From IMG/VR virus record IMGVR_UViG_3300035682_001186, positions 32,001 to 96,000 of that record: a stretch of DNA of 64,000 nt. One strand, written 5' to 3'. Origin of the DNA: a virus. The notes beneath the pieces are model-generated. The model saw only the letters and a program-made list of their open reading frames with translations, ran no database searches and had not been told where the DNA came from. Below are positions 30,605-40,440 of this stretch, piece by piece; position 1 is the stretch's first letter, and the number at the start of each line of letters is the position of its first letter. The translations under genes and the position numbers were made by a program.

Positions 30605-30870
30605 TAAACCAGATATTTTCTCTGGGGGAAGAACGTTCGCCGAAGCACCGATAAAACCCTACTACAATTTGTCATTGATCTGTTGACGCAGTAAAATTCC
30701 TTCCGAGAGGATGGTTACGTTTAGAGACTAGTTGCGCTTAGTATTGTCCACGCTTTGGTCTTACTCCACAGACAGTGGTCGGATTGTCTGTAACGTTTCT
30801 AGTTATATTAGACAGGTAATTGTTTGACCTGTGGGCTACATGATGTTTCATGTGCCTTGCTCTGTTTAGT
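30605..30870 (-). ncRNA. Candidate structured non-coding RNA downstream of resolvase
   Basis: No ORF in track; less AT-rich than flanks; at least six stems seen by eye. Strand inferred from G-U pairs and upstream gene orientation. Confidence 0.35.
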
Positions 30871-30876
30871 GTAGTT

Positions 30877-31473
30877 TTAGATTGTGTTTAAAGTGTTGTT
30901 AGACTTGATGTCAGTTGAGTATTTTGTAGATTGTTGATTAGATGAGAGTAGTTTGACCAAATATCCATATCTCTGAAAAAATGGTTCAAACGAGTATATA
31001 TTCCAAGCACCATATACTCTAGTTGAATAGGTTACATGATTTAAATCCATCCATATCCCAGTTTGTTGTTTCTGATGATGTAGAATAGCGGTCTTGGATT
31101 GTACTGCTACATAGCGACCTTTACGATTAAACTTCATTAATAAGATATTGAAATCATCTGGATCACTAGCGGTCATCAATTGATCTATCCACGTTTCTAA
31201 TTGTTTGGATTCGTCAAATAGTTGATGAAATTGAAAATCAGCATAAAACTTACATTCACAATTGAACAATGGAAAACTTTGACCAGGAATAATATCTCCT
31301 TTGAAGTTTCTAATTTGTCCTTCATGTAATATTTGTTTACGATGACTATTAGTGCCACCAGTATAAGCTCCAGAACCAGGCGCTCTCATGAAGTTCTCTC
31401 CATATAACTCTGAGAGAAATTTGGATACTTCACGTTCAAACCCGCTTCCTTTGTTTTTACTTTTACTTGGCAT
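30877..31473 (-). CDS. Holliday junction resolvase (PD-(D/E)XK, Hjc-like)
   Basis: SKNKGSGFEREV...GDII...CECK; ATG 31473 preferred over track start 31554, which overlaps gp46; GATAAGTA lies just upstream. Confidence 0.75.
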   Translation of the reverse strand: MPSKSKNKGSGFEREVSKFLSELYGENFMRAPGSGAYTGGTNSHRKQILHEGQIRNFKGDIIPGQSFPLFNCECKFYADFQFHQLFDESKQLETWIDQLMTASDPDDFNILLMKFNRKGRYVAVQSKTAILHHQKQQTGIWMDLNHVTYSTRVYGAWNIYSFEPFFQRYGYLVKLLSSNQQSTKYSTDIKSNNTLNTI

Positions 31474-31510
31474 GGTAATACTTATCTCTTTATTGTTAAA
31501 TTTAAATATT

Positions 31511-33598
31511 TTATACTGTTGTTTCTGTAGTAGTTTCATATGATGTGAAACCACCTTCTTTAATAACTTTAAGTACGCTAGACACTCTATTTGTTAGTTC
31601 ATCTCTATGTGATACAAGCCAAACTGATTTGTTACGTCTACGTGCCATATCTTTGAGTAGTGCAATACTGTTTTCAACACCAATAGTATCTAAACCATTA
31701 TCAATCAACTCATCAACAAATAATACATTGATAGGACTGTATAATGATTCGTATACATCTCTGAATGAAAAGGATAGCCCAAGGATCAGTCTATTACGCT
31801 CACCACGACTTAGATTATCAAAGTCTAACTCACGTCCTAGCTCAGTGATTTCAACTGTTAAATCATTCTGAAATACAACTGTATGTGGTAAACCCATGGA
31901 ATCCAAATAAAATGATAGACGACTGTTCAAATAAGTTAAATTTTGTTCAATAATCTTTTTACGAACAAAAGATTTTTTGCTTGTCAATAAGTCTAACAAG
32001 TATTCCTGATGTTGCATAAGTCTAGTCAATTCATTAATATGATCAAATGATACAGTTTGAATGGCTTCACGTTCCATTTCAGAGATTTGATCTATATATG
32101 GATCAGTTTCGTCATGTTTGTTGGAAATTTGATCCAACAAACTCTCAACACGACTACTATGTTTGATAGCCTCTGATTCAGTCTTATAGTGTGTGACTGG
32201 TTCTTCACCACATACAATCTCGCTCTCAGAAATATCCATGATCTGTAGAATGTATGGGTCTTCCGCTTGACGCAAGTTCTCAATCTCTATCTTTAAGTTT
32301 ATGACTGTGTAGCTATGTTTAATGGCTTCACTCTCTGTCTTGTAGTGTGGAACTGGCTTGTCATTAAGTTCAACAATCAATTCTTCTACTCTTTTTAATT
32401 CATCTAACAATTGATGTTCACGATCTACTGATGAATCATATGCTTCGTTCTTTGCCAGCAATACCGCACTGTGACTGTTATCATGAAAATCTTGACCACA
32501 AGCATAGCATTTGTTCTCATTGAGCGTCATCATCTCTTTGCCTAGTTTCAAAGTGATATTTGATTGTTTGATCGTCTCGTTGTGAATACGGTCTATTTCT
32601 TTTTTTAACGCTGTCTGTTCAACGTTCTGTTGATTGTACACAGCAAGGTCTTTATGAGATTGTAACTCCATCTCAATATCAATTGCATTCAAGACTTCAA
32701 GTCTCTCTCCTAACGCTTTGATATCATTGACTCGTGTTTGCTTCCATATCTTTTGTTTTGCAACAAGATTGTCGTAATTATTTTTTTTCTCTAAACAAGA
32801 TAGATAAATGGAACGATCTTTATGTGACTGTAGTTCAACAATAATATCAATCTTGCTTAATTCATCGTATTCGTTGACCAGTTTGTTCAAATCTTCATCA
32901 TGCTTTGTTTGCCATAAACGTTGACGGCGTTTGAGATTCTCAATCTGCTCGCCAATTCGTTTATTGGCTTCTTCAAGCGCACGTATACGATACTCTTCTT
33001 GTTGAATATCATCTTTGGTCTGTTTGTTCAGTATCTTAATGGCATCAGCCTTTTCAGATAAGATAGTAACACCCAATAACTGTTCAATGATAACACGTTG
33101 ATCATTGGCTTTGAGTGATAGAAATGGTTCATTATAAGTATTCAGACCAACAATGTGTCTAAACATGTCACTACTCATATGTAAGACCTTTTCAATAGCG
33201 TCCTGAGTTTCACGACTGTCACCTTGACTATCATTGGTCTCTTCACTAGCCATTTCTTGATCATTTACATAAAATTTCAAAAATGTAGGTTTACGTCCAC
33301 GTTCAATTCGGTACTCAATATCATCAACTGAGAATGACAATGTAACAACCATGGCTTTACCATTGGTTCTGTTAATCAAATTGTCTTTCTTGATATTATT
33401 GATACCGCCACCAAACAAGGAATATGATAATCCCTGTAAGATACTGGTTTTACCAGTACCATTCTTAGCACCATCGCCGCCCAAGTCTAGATTTTCACCT
33501 AGAATCAATGTTAGGTCTTGATTATTGAAATTAACTGTTTGGGTAATCGCCCCAATAGATAGAAAATTCTTAAGAGTTAATACGCCTAGTGTAATCAT
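31511..33598 (-). CDS. gp46: Rad50/SbcC-like recombination ATPase, T4 gp46-like
   Basis: Walker A NGTGKTS, zinc hook CYACGQ, signature LSRGE, Walker B LFVDE, VSH. Confidence 0.95.
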   Translation of the reverse strand: MITLGVLTLKNFLSIGAITQTVNFNNQDLTLILGENLDLGGDGAKNGTGKTSILQGLSYSLFGGGINNIKKDNLINRTNGKAMVVTLSFSVDDIEYRIERGRKPTFLKFYVNDQEMASEETNDSQGDSRETQDAIEKVLHMSSDMFRHIVGLNTYNEPFLSLKANDQRVIIEQLLGVTILSEKADAIKILNKQTKDDIQQEEYRIRALEEANKRIGEQIENLKRRQRLWQTKHDEDLNKLVNEYDELSKIDIIVELQSHKDRSIYLSCLEKKNNYDNLVAKQKIWKQTRVNDIKALGERLEVLNAIDIEMELQSHKDLAVYNQQNVEQTALKKEIDRIHNETIKQSNITLKLGKEMMTLNENKCYACGQDFHDNSHSAVLLAKNEAYDSSVDREHQLLDELKRVEELIVELNDKPVPHYKTESEAIKHSYTVINLKIEIENLRQAEDPYILQIMDISESEIVCGEEPVTHYKTESEAIKHSSRVESLLDQISNKHDETDPYIDQISEMEREAIQTVSFDHINELTRLMQHQEYLLDLLTSKKSFVRKKIIEQNLTYLNSRLSFYLDSMGLPHTVVFQNDLTVEITELGRELDFDNLSRGERNRLILGLSFSFRDVYESLYSPINVLFVDELIDNGLDTIGVENSIALLKDMARRRNKSVWLVSHRDELTNRVSSVLKVIKEGGFTSYETTTETTV

Positions 33599-34611
33599 AT
33601 GTTTCTATAAATGTCTAATAATAACTTCTTGTCAAATGTCCCTACTTCCAAACTTTCAATTTGTGTTTGAATAATTGTATCTACACTTTCAAATTGAGTA
33701 TTTGTATTATCTGGATTATTGTCTGTAAAATCTCGTTTGATTGGTATTAATGTAAGTTCTCTAAGATGATGTTCTGGCATTAGTTTTTCACGAATGAAAC
33801 TTGCCTCTTCAAATGAGATATCAATATCTAAATTGATTTTAACATAACTATCAGGTAATAACAAGCCAGCTGGATCATCAAGTACATCACTTAAATTATA
33901 TACACGATATTTGGGAGCATTAGGCCAACCAAAATACATTGGTTCTTTGTCCCATTCTAACATCATCATACCACGTTTATCATCACCAGCATCACTATAG
34001 TTATGAGGGAAAGCATTTCCAATATAAGTAATGTTATTTTTCTTTTGACGTTTATGAAAGTGACCACTGAATACGGCTTCATATCCATGTAAATGTTCAC
34101 TTTGAATTTCTTTATAATCTGGCATTTGAATCATGGCATTCATAAAGAAATTTGGAAGTTCTAGATGAGAGAATACATATTTCCCTTTCATCTTTTTAAG
34201 ACGTTTCCATTCATCTCCAACGATCCACGGAATGATAGATACATCTCCCTGTGTGAACCATTCATCTATAATAATGACATTTGGAAGATGTTTTGCCCAT
34301 TCTACTGAATGAGTATCTCTTTTATCTCTATAAAACATATCGTGATTACCCACGATAAAGTATATTTTATCAAATGCCGCACTTAACTTTTCAAGACCTC
34401 TAAGACTAAACTGTAGAGTTTGAATGTTAATAGCGGCACGATTGTGATGCCAATCACCTAGAAAGAAACAGGTTTCACAGTTTTGTTTTTTAGCAGTTTC
34501 AATAAACCAATCAACAAAGTTTGTACAATCCGTATTATGTTGTATTGAATTGTTTTTCAAACCCCAATGTATATCAGTGAATGCAGCTGCTTTTTTAAAT
34601 AAATTTGTCAT
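33595..34611 (-). CDS. gp47: Mre11/SbcD-like nuclease, T4 gp47-like
   Basis: TDIH, GDWHHNR, GNHD, GHFH metallophosphoesterase motifs; ATGA overlap with gp46. Confidence 0.95.
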   Translation of the reverse strand: MTNLFKKAAAFTDIHWGLKNNSIQHNTDCTNFVDWFIETAKKQNCETCFFLGDWHHNRAAINIQTLQFSLRGLEKLSAAFDKIYFIVGNHDMFYRDKRDTHSVEWAKHLPNVIIIDEWFTQGDVSIIPWIVGDEWKRLKKMKGKYVFSHLELPNFFMNAMIQMPDYKEIQSEHLHGYEAVFSGHFHKRQKKNNITYIGNAFPHNYSDAGDDKRGMMMLEWDKEPMYFGWPNAPKYRVYNLSDVLDDPAGLLLPDSYVKINLDIDISFEEASFIREKLMPEHHLRELTLIPIKRDFTDNNPDNTNTQFESVDTIIQTQIESLEVGTFDKKLLLDIYRNI

Positions 34612-34617
34612 CTAGTG

Positions 34618-34646
34618 ATTATACAGTATGAAAATTGATTAATCAA
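34618..34646 (-). promoter_or_regulatory. Sigma70-type promoter for gp47 (predicts leaderless mRNA)
   Basis: TTGATT-N17-TATAAT, then 6 nt to ATG. Confidence 0.6.
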
Positions 34647-34660
34647 TATTTTCGGAGTGA

Positions 34661-35602
34661 TTAACCAATATTACGTCTTTTTTCTCTTTCGCTATCTAAA
34701 CTATGTTGACGAGTGAAACTGGGATTTAACCCATTAGATTCCAAAATATCATCTCTAATGTTTTGAACACGTTTTTCTGTATTAAGAACACGACAGAAAC
34801 TATTAGTAATAGCGGCTGTATAGTAGGCAAATGGATTTTGTGATTTAGCTTCATTGAAACGTAAACCAACGTATGTTAATTGTAAAATGGCTGCCCCACG
34901 CATTTCATCTACATAGGTATAACCACGCCAATTGAATCTTAATGAATACTTTTCACATAGTTTCAAGTACATGTTAGCCAATTTATTTGTAATTTGGCCA
35001 TGATCTTTTGAAAAATCTCCAGTTTTCAAATCACCAATCCAATGACTTTTACCAACACAAACTAGTGAATTTTTATCATTGATTTTGAAATGTTGAAATG
35101 GAGGGAAGTTTAAACGAACGTGAACCATATTATCTAGACCCATTTCTTTTGCTAAACCTTTGTCTTCCAAATCTTCAAATAGAATATCTTCTGTTGGTTC
35201 AAAATCAAAGATTTCTTTTGCTGATTTTGGTTTGGAATTCTTTCTTGGTTGTTTTGGAGCCACTGGTATATGATCCCAAGTCATGACTCTAAAGACCAAA
35301 TCTGTAGTTTTAATGGTTTCTGGATCAATTTTTTCTGTTTTGATCTTGACACCATCTGGACCAACTACTTGGCTCAGTCTTGCGGCACGATTTTCTTTAG
35401 CTTTTTGAATAGTTTCTGGTTTACTGGTATATTCTAAACTACGTTCTAGATTATTATTATCTTCGTAGTCTACAATAAAGTCATATTGATGATCATCTGG
35501 TATTTCAAATTGACAATATGAATTTTTACTTGAATGTATTTCTTTTAAAATATCTTTATTGTTTAGATAGTTCTTTTTTGCTGGGGTTTTTATTGGGATC
35601 AT
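34661..35602 (-). CDS. gp55: Late-transcription sigma factor, T4 gp55-like
   Basis: NYLNNKDIL...NWRGYTYVDEM...FNEAKSQNPFAYYT; 55-47-46 synteny; ATG 35602 preferred because the track TTG start overlaps the -10 box. Confidence 0.85.
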   Translation of the reverse strand: MIPIKTPAKKNYLNNKDILKEIHSSKNSYCQFEIPDDHQYDFIVDYEDNNNLERSLEYTSKPETIQKAKENRAARLSQVVGPDGVKIKTEKIDPETIKTTDLVFRVMTWDHIPVAPKQPRKNSKPKSAKEIFDFEPTEDILFEDLEDKGLAKEMGLDNMVHVRLNFPPFQHFKINDKNSLVCVGKSHWIGDLKTGDFSKDHGQITNKLANMYLKLCEKYSLRFNWRGYTYVDEMRGAAILQLTYVGLRFNEAKSQNPFAYYTAAITNSFCRVLNTEKRVQNIRDDILESNGLNPSFTRQHSLDSEREKRRNIG

Positions 35603-35628
35603 ATGCTCTTTAAGGTTAATATGTTGCA

Positions 35629-35657
35629 ATTATACAACGTAATGTTGTGTAAGTCAA
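35629..35657 (-). promoter_or_regulatory. Sigma70-type promoter for gp55
   Basis: TTGACT-N17-TATAAT. Confidence 0.7.
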
Positions 35658-35751
35658 GTGAATTTGGAAGATTGGTGAAAAAATACGACTATTATTCTAC
35701 GCTAAATAGTAGTAGAGGTATTCTATTTAGGGTAATACCGGAGACAACTAT

Positions 35752-37581
35752 ATGGCCACATCACCGACCGAAAAAACTGCACAATACTTGAAATTTAAAA
35801 CAGATGCTCAGGCTGCTAATGATGCTCGCAATAATATTGTAAATAGTGACAAATATAAAGAACTTACGACTCAAGTAAAGATTCAAGAAGAGGCCGAGAA
35901 ACTTGCATATGAAAAAGCAGATGCTCTACAAAAATCAAATGCATCTGTAGAAGAAACTTATCAGGCAAGAGTTGCGTTGCAACAGGCTACTGATGCTCTT
36001 AAGGTCACAAGAAGTGAATTGGATCCTTTAAATAGTCAAGCAACGGATTTAAGTGTACAGTCTTTTAATTTTAATCTGGCTGCCAGACAAGTTCAACAGT
36101 CTCCGCAAACTACTAGTCCTCTTCCAACAGAACAACAAGTAGAGGCTGAGGCAAAAGAAGCAGGATCTGCAGCCGCAAAACAGCCAAGTCCAAATCCAGC
36201 GCCAGTTCTTACTTCAATACCCACGGAATCTAATATTGTTCCAACATTAGATACTCCTGTACCAGCAGACAGTCTAGCAGCCGGTGGACCCACAGCGGAA
36301 CCTACTAAAACAACACCGAACGACGAACCAGTATTTGTATTCAATCAACGTCAATTAAATTTTTTGGAATCATATAATCAAAGTTTAATTGATGGTGGAA
36401 ATCCACAACTTATTATTTCTGATTTGACCAGTACCGAAGCACTAAATCTATTAGCAGAACAAGGATTGATTCAATCAGATGAAGACTCTCCGACTGATCA
36501 ACAACCAACTGAAGGGTATACTACAGATGGAGGACTTGTAGTAAATATACGAGGAGTTGGACAACGAGAAATTGTTGAATACGAAGAATTTCAGTCTGTT
36601 GATCCTGGTTTTGAATCTGGTTTTCCAGAAGAACAAATAACAGTTGACAGTTCAGATAGATATGTAGCTACATTAGATTTAACTGCAACTGATGATCCAC
36701 TTGGAGATAAAATAGCAGAACTTCAGGCTGGTCAGAATACTGGTACATCTACGTTACCAACTAGAAATCAACAATCTGGTATAGGATCACCAAAAGATTG
36801 GCGTTTTAGAATAAGTTTGGCTCCGGGAGCAACTTATTTGTATAAAGATTCAAGTCCAGGAATATTAAAACCTTTAATGGCCACAAATGGAGTTATTTTT
36901 CCATATAGTCCACAGATAAATCTTGCATATACTGCTAATTATAATGCGACTGATTTAGTTCATACTAACTATAAAGTTTATAATTATAAAAATAGTAGCG
37001 TTGAAAATATTAGTATAACTGGAGATTTTACAGTTCAAGACAGCGCAGAAGCAAATTATGTATTAGCAGTAATACATTTTTTTAGATCAGTTACTAAGAT
37101 GTTTTATGGTCAAGATCAAAATCCAGCTAGAGGAGTTCCACCACCATTGTGTTACTTAACTGGATTTGGACAATATCAATTTGATATGCATCCAGTGGCT
37201 ATTACCAGTTTTACTTATACTTTTCCAAATGATGTAGATTATGTTAATGCTTATCCGACAAACAATAGTGTATCTATTGGTGGACAAAACATGGCACCAT
37301 ATATGCCTCAAATAGCAAGTTTTTTTAGTCCATTAGATAGATTACGAACATTGGCTGGTAATATTGGAAAAGGTGGATTACCTCCTCCTCCGACATTTGT
37401 TACTAGTAAAAATATTAATGAAGTAACAAGAGTACCAGCAAAAATCACTATTCAACTATCTTGTATACCTATTGTATCTAGAAATACAATGAGTAATCAA
37501 TTTAGTTTAAAACAGTATGCAAATGGTTCGTTATTAAAAGGAACTGCAAACTTTTCACGCACTGGCGGAGGACTTTGGTAA
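35752..37581 (+). CDS. Baseplate/tail tube initiator-like protein (gp48/gp54-type C-terminal domain, long low-complexity N-terminus)
   Basis: FPYSPQI...ISITGDFTVQ...HFFRSVTKMFYG...PPPLCYL; precedes gp53-like gene; GCTAAATA at 35701-35708. Confidence 0.55.
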   Translation: MATSPTEKTAQYLKFKTDAQAANDARNNIVNSDKYKELTTQVKIQEEAEKLAYEKADALQKSNASVEETYQARVALQQATDALKVTRSELDPLNSQATDLSVQSFNFNLAARQVQQSPQTTSPLPTEQQVEAEAKEAGSAAAKQPSPNPAPVLTSIPTESNIVPTLDTPVPADSLAAGGPTAEPTKTTPNDEPVFVFNQRQLNFLESYNQSLIDGGNPQLIISDLTSTEALNLLAEQGLIQSDEDSPTDQQPTEGYTTDGGLVVNIRGVGQREIVEYEEFQSVDPGFESGFPEEQITVDSSDRYVATLDLTATDDPLGDKIAELQAGQNTGTSTLPTRNQQSGIGSPKDWRFRISLAPGATYLYKDSSPGILKPLMATNGVIFPYSPQINLAYTANYNATDLVHTNYKVYNYKNSSVENISITGDFTVQDSAEANYVLAVIHFFRSVTKMFYGQDQNPARGVPPPLCYLTGFGQYQFDMHPVAITSFTYTFPNDVDYVNAYPTNNSVSIGGQNMAPYMPQIASFFSPLDRLRTLAGNIGKGGLPPPPTFVTSKNINEVTRVPAKITIQLSCIPIVSRNTMSNQFSLKQYANGSLLKGTANFSRTGGGLW

Positions 37582-37880
37582 TGTTATATCCACAAACTAG
37601 CCCGTATTTCAATTCAGATATTGTCAATGGAATATTTTTAGATGTAATGATAAACAGACCTATACCATCAGATCCAACTGATGTTTATTGGGAAATTACT
37701 TCAATCTATAATTTAAGACCTGATTTATTAGCCAGTGATCTTTATAATGATAGTAGATTGTGGTGGGTGTTTGCTCAAAGAAATCCAAATAAATTAAAAG
37801 ACCCATTGTTTGATTTTGTTCAGGGTGTATTTATTTACATTCCTAAACAAGATGTAATTGTTGCTTCATTAGGATTATAA
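37581..37880 (+). CDS. gp53: Baseplate wedge LysM-like protein, T4 gp53-like
   Basis: RPDLLASDLYNDSRLWWVFAQRN; TAATG overlap with upstream stop. Confidence 0.75.
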   Translation: MLYPQTSPYFNSDIVNGIFLDVMINRPIPSDPTDVYWEITSIYNLRPDLLASDLYNDSRLWWVFAQRNPNKLKDPLFDFVQGVFIYIPKQDVIVASLGL

Positions 37881-37881
37881 T

Positions 37882-40374
37882 ATGACCTTTAATTCAAATA
37901 AGTCATCCGATGACAGTGCTCCATCGGGTACGAATGCGGCCCCATCCTCAACTTCAGGTCAAAGTAATACATCCAGTACACAAAATACAGGACAAAAATC
38001 AACTAATAGTGCTGGTTCTGATTTTTCTAACAATCGCACTGATAATCCACTTAATAATTTTAGTAGTTATACATATTCAATTGTATTATATGCTATTAGT
38101 CCAGAAGACGCTAATACATATGCAGAAACAGGACAAACTCCAACAGACAGATCAAAATATTATATTGTTGCTCAATCAGGAGGAATAAGTTCCGCTGATA
38201 GTCGTGCCATAACTAGTAGTGGCAATCCAGGCCCAAATCAAATGGGATTAGATTATTTTATTGATTCATTGGAATTCAAAACAACTATTCCTAATACTGC
38301 AGCAACCTCTGTTGCTCAAGGGTCTAGAATTAAATTAAAAATTATAGAACCATATGGATTTAATTTTACTGAAGAATTGAAAAAATTGGCGTTAAAAATT
38401 TCAAAAAAAAGTCCATTGATGAAAGGAGTTACTGAAGATAACTTTAATCATAGACTTATGCGTTATATTTTAGGTATTAGATATTATGGTTATGATACAC
38501 AAGGAAATTTGGTAACATCTAAGAGCGGATTTGTAAAAAACTATAGCAATGGATTTTCTGATGACAATAGTGTAATAGAACGTTATGTTGTTGTTGCCAT
38601 AAATGATTTTAAGTTTAAAGTAAATGGAAATTCAACTACATATAATATTGAATTACAAGAAGCTGCACCTCAAGCTTCTCTGGGAACTATAATCGGAGTA
38701 ACTCAAAATCCCCTAAATATTAATGGTTCAACTGTAGGTGAAGTTCTTATGGGATCAAAAGGTCCAAACTCTAAATCTTTAGTGTCAGAACTCAATAGTC
38801 AGACTAAAAAATTAACAGAATCTTCAAATAAAACTGAACAGTCACATACTTATGAAATAGAATTCTTGGACGAAAAAAATAAATCTGATCCAAATGGTCT
38901 GATAGCTACGGCAAAATTGTCAGAATCTGATGCTAAAACTAATACTGGATCAGGTGCTTCATCAAATACATCTAAATCAAACATTGCGGAACAGTTTAAG
39001 CAACAAACTTTTAATAGTAATATAAAATCGGTTGGTTTCAAAGGTGGAACTGAGATTGTACAAATCATTGATGATATTATATCTAAAAGTAGTTATGTTT
39101 CAAATGCTTTAAAAGTATTAAACAATGAAAAACCAGAAACTGGCAGTGTTAAAAATACATCAAAACAAGAATTTAAATGGTTTAGTATAAATCCAATTGT
39201 TACAACTAAGTCATTTGAAAAAAAGACAAATTATTGGACTTTTAATATAAAATATCAAATAAAACCATATATTATATATTATATTAAGTCAAATAACGTT
39301 ACAAATTTTTGTAAATTTAATGGTGCACACAAAGTTTATAACTATTTTTTAACTGGAGAAAATACTCAAGTTTTAAATTATGAACTTAGTTACAATGCAT
39401 TATATTTTATTCCAGAAAGTTCAACTCTTAATCAGACTGGGTATGCAATTACGGAATCTAATACTAGTTTAGCTAAACAACCAATACCAAGCGCAAATCA
39501 AGGTGGTTCACAAAGTGGTACAGGGGGAGTTGGAATTAATAATGAAACTGTTCCGCAAGAAAACGTAAGAGCACAATTATATAGTCCAAATGATGCTTAT
39601 AAAGTTACAATGAAAATTATGGGTGATCCGGATTGGATTTTAACAAGCACTGGAATTAATGCTGTTGCTCAATCTAGATTTAAAGCAAATCCAAAAGTAA
39701 AATCATTAAGTGGTACAGCAGCTGATTTGGGACCAACAATGTTTGATGGACAATTACTAGTTCAAGTTATATTTAATACTGCTAATGATTATTTAAATAC
39801 TGGATTAATGGATGTAAGCGATCAAGTATTGACAATGAGCCCAGGAACAAGAAATTTTAATATTAAAGGTACAATTTTTACAGTATCGCATGTGACATCT
39901 TTATTTTTAAAAGGATCATTTACTCAAACATTAGAGATGCAAGTTGTCCCGTCAAATTTATTAGTTACCGAAAACTCAAATTCTTCCGCCGATGGTAGAG
40001 AATCTTCTACAACACCAAGTGGTACTAATACTGGTACTGATGGTACGACTAGACCAACATTATCTACTGGTGATTTTATAGCGGCTGATGCGAGAGCAAC
40101 CACAGATGCGTCTTTGATAGAATCACAAAGTCAATTGGCACAAAATTCTCCCTCAAACAATTCTCAGGGCGTCATAGTTACTGGACAACTTGGTAGACAA
40201 GAATTTGCAAGTGATGATAGAACTTTCACGGCTCGCAATAATAGAGCTGCACTTGATGCGCCAAATACAGATAATACGCCTTACGATTATGCAGCCTCAG
40301 CTGCCTCGGCGCGAGCAGCAGAAAAAGAAGGACTTGGAGTTACTGCTGACGGTACTCCATGGAGACTTAGATAA
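37882..40374 (+). CDS. Baseplate hub protein (gp27-like by position)
   Basis: Lies between gp53-like and gp5-like genes; KIMGDP and V-x-H-V...GSFTQTL motifs. Confidence 0.5.
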   Translation: MTFNSNKSSDDSAPSGTNAAPSSTSGQSNTSSTQNTGQKSTNSAGSDFSNNRTDNPLNNFSSYTYSIVLYAISPEDANTYAETGQTPTDRSKYYIVAQSGGISSADSRAITSSGNPGPNQMGLDYFIDSLEFKTTIPNTAATSVAQGSRIKLKIIEPYGFNFTEELKKLALKISKKSPLMKGVTEDNFNHRLMRYILGIRYYGYDTQGNLVTSKSGFVKNYSNGFSDDNSVIERYVVVAINDFKFKVNGNSTTYNIELQEAAPQASLGTIIGVTQNPLNINGSTVGEVLMGSKGPNSKSLVSELNSQTKKLTESSNKTEQSHTYEIEFLDEKNKSDPNGLIATAKLSESDAKTNTGSGASSNTSKSNIAEQFKQQTFNSNIKSVGFKGGTEIVQIIDDIISKSSYVSNALKVLNNEKPETGSVKNTSKQEFKWFSINPIVTTKSFEKKTNYWTFNIKYQIKPYIIYYIKSNNVTNFCKFNGAHKVYNYFLTGENTQVLNYELSYNALYFIPESSTLNQTGYAITESNTSLAKQPIPSANQGGSQSGTGGVGINNETVPQENVRAQLYSPNDAYKVTMKIMGDPDWILTSTGINAVAQSRFKANPKVKSLSGTAADLGPTMFDGQLLVQVIFNTANDYLNTGLMDVSDQVLTMSPGTRNFNIKGTIFTVSHVTSLFLKGSFTQTLEMQVVPSNLLVTENSNSSADGRESSTTPSGTNTGTDGTTRPTLSTGDFIAADARATTDASLIESQSQLAQNSPSNNSQGVIVTGQLGRQEFASDDRTFTARNNRAALDAPNTDNTPYDYAASAASARAAEKEGLGVTADGTPWRLR

Positions 40375-40440
40375 AGATATAAAATGAAGACTTTCTGGCA
40401 AAAAGTGATAATTACAAATAATGGTAAATAGGAAAATAAA

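Noticed and set aside
30364-30876. tRNA or tmRNA in the non-coding gap
   Set aside because: No cloverleaf with T-loop and acceptor stem found by eye; a covariance search is still needed
31474-31554. Longer resolvase start in ORF track
   Set aside because: Overlaps the gp46 3' end; the conserved motif begins at ATG 31473
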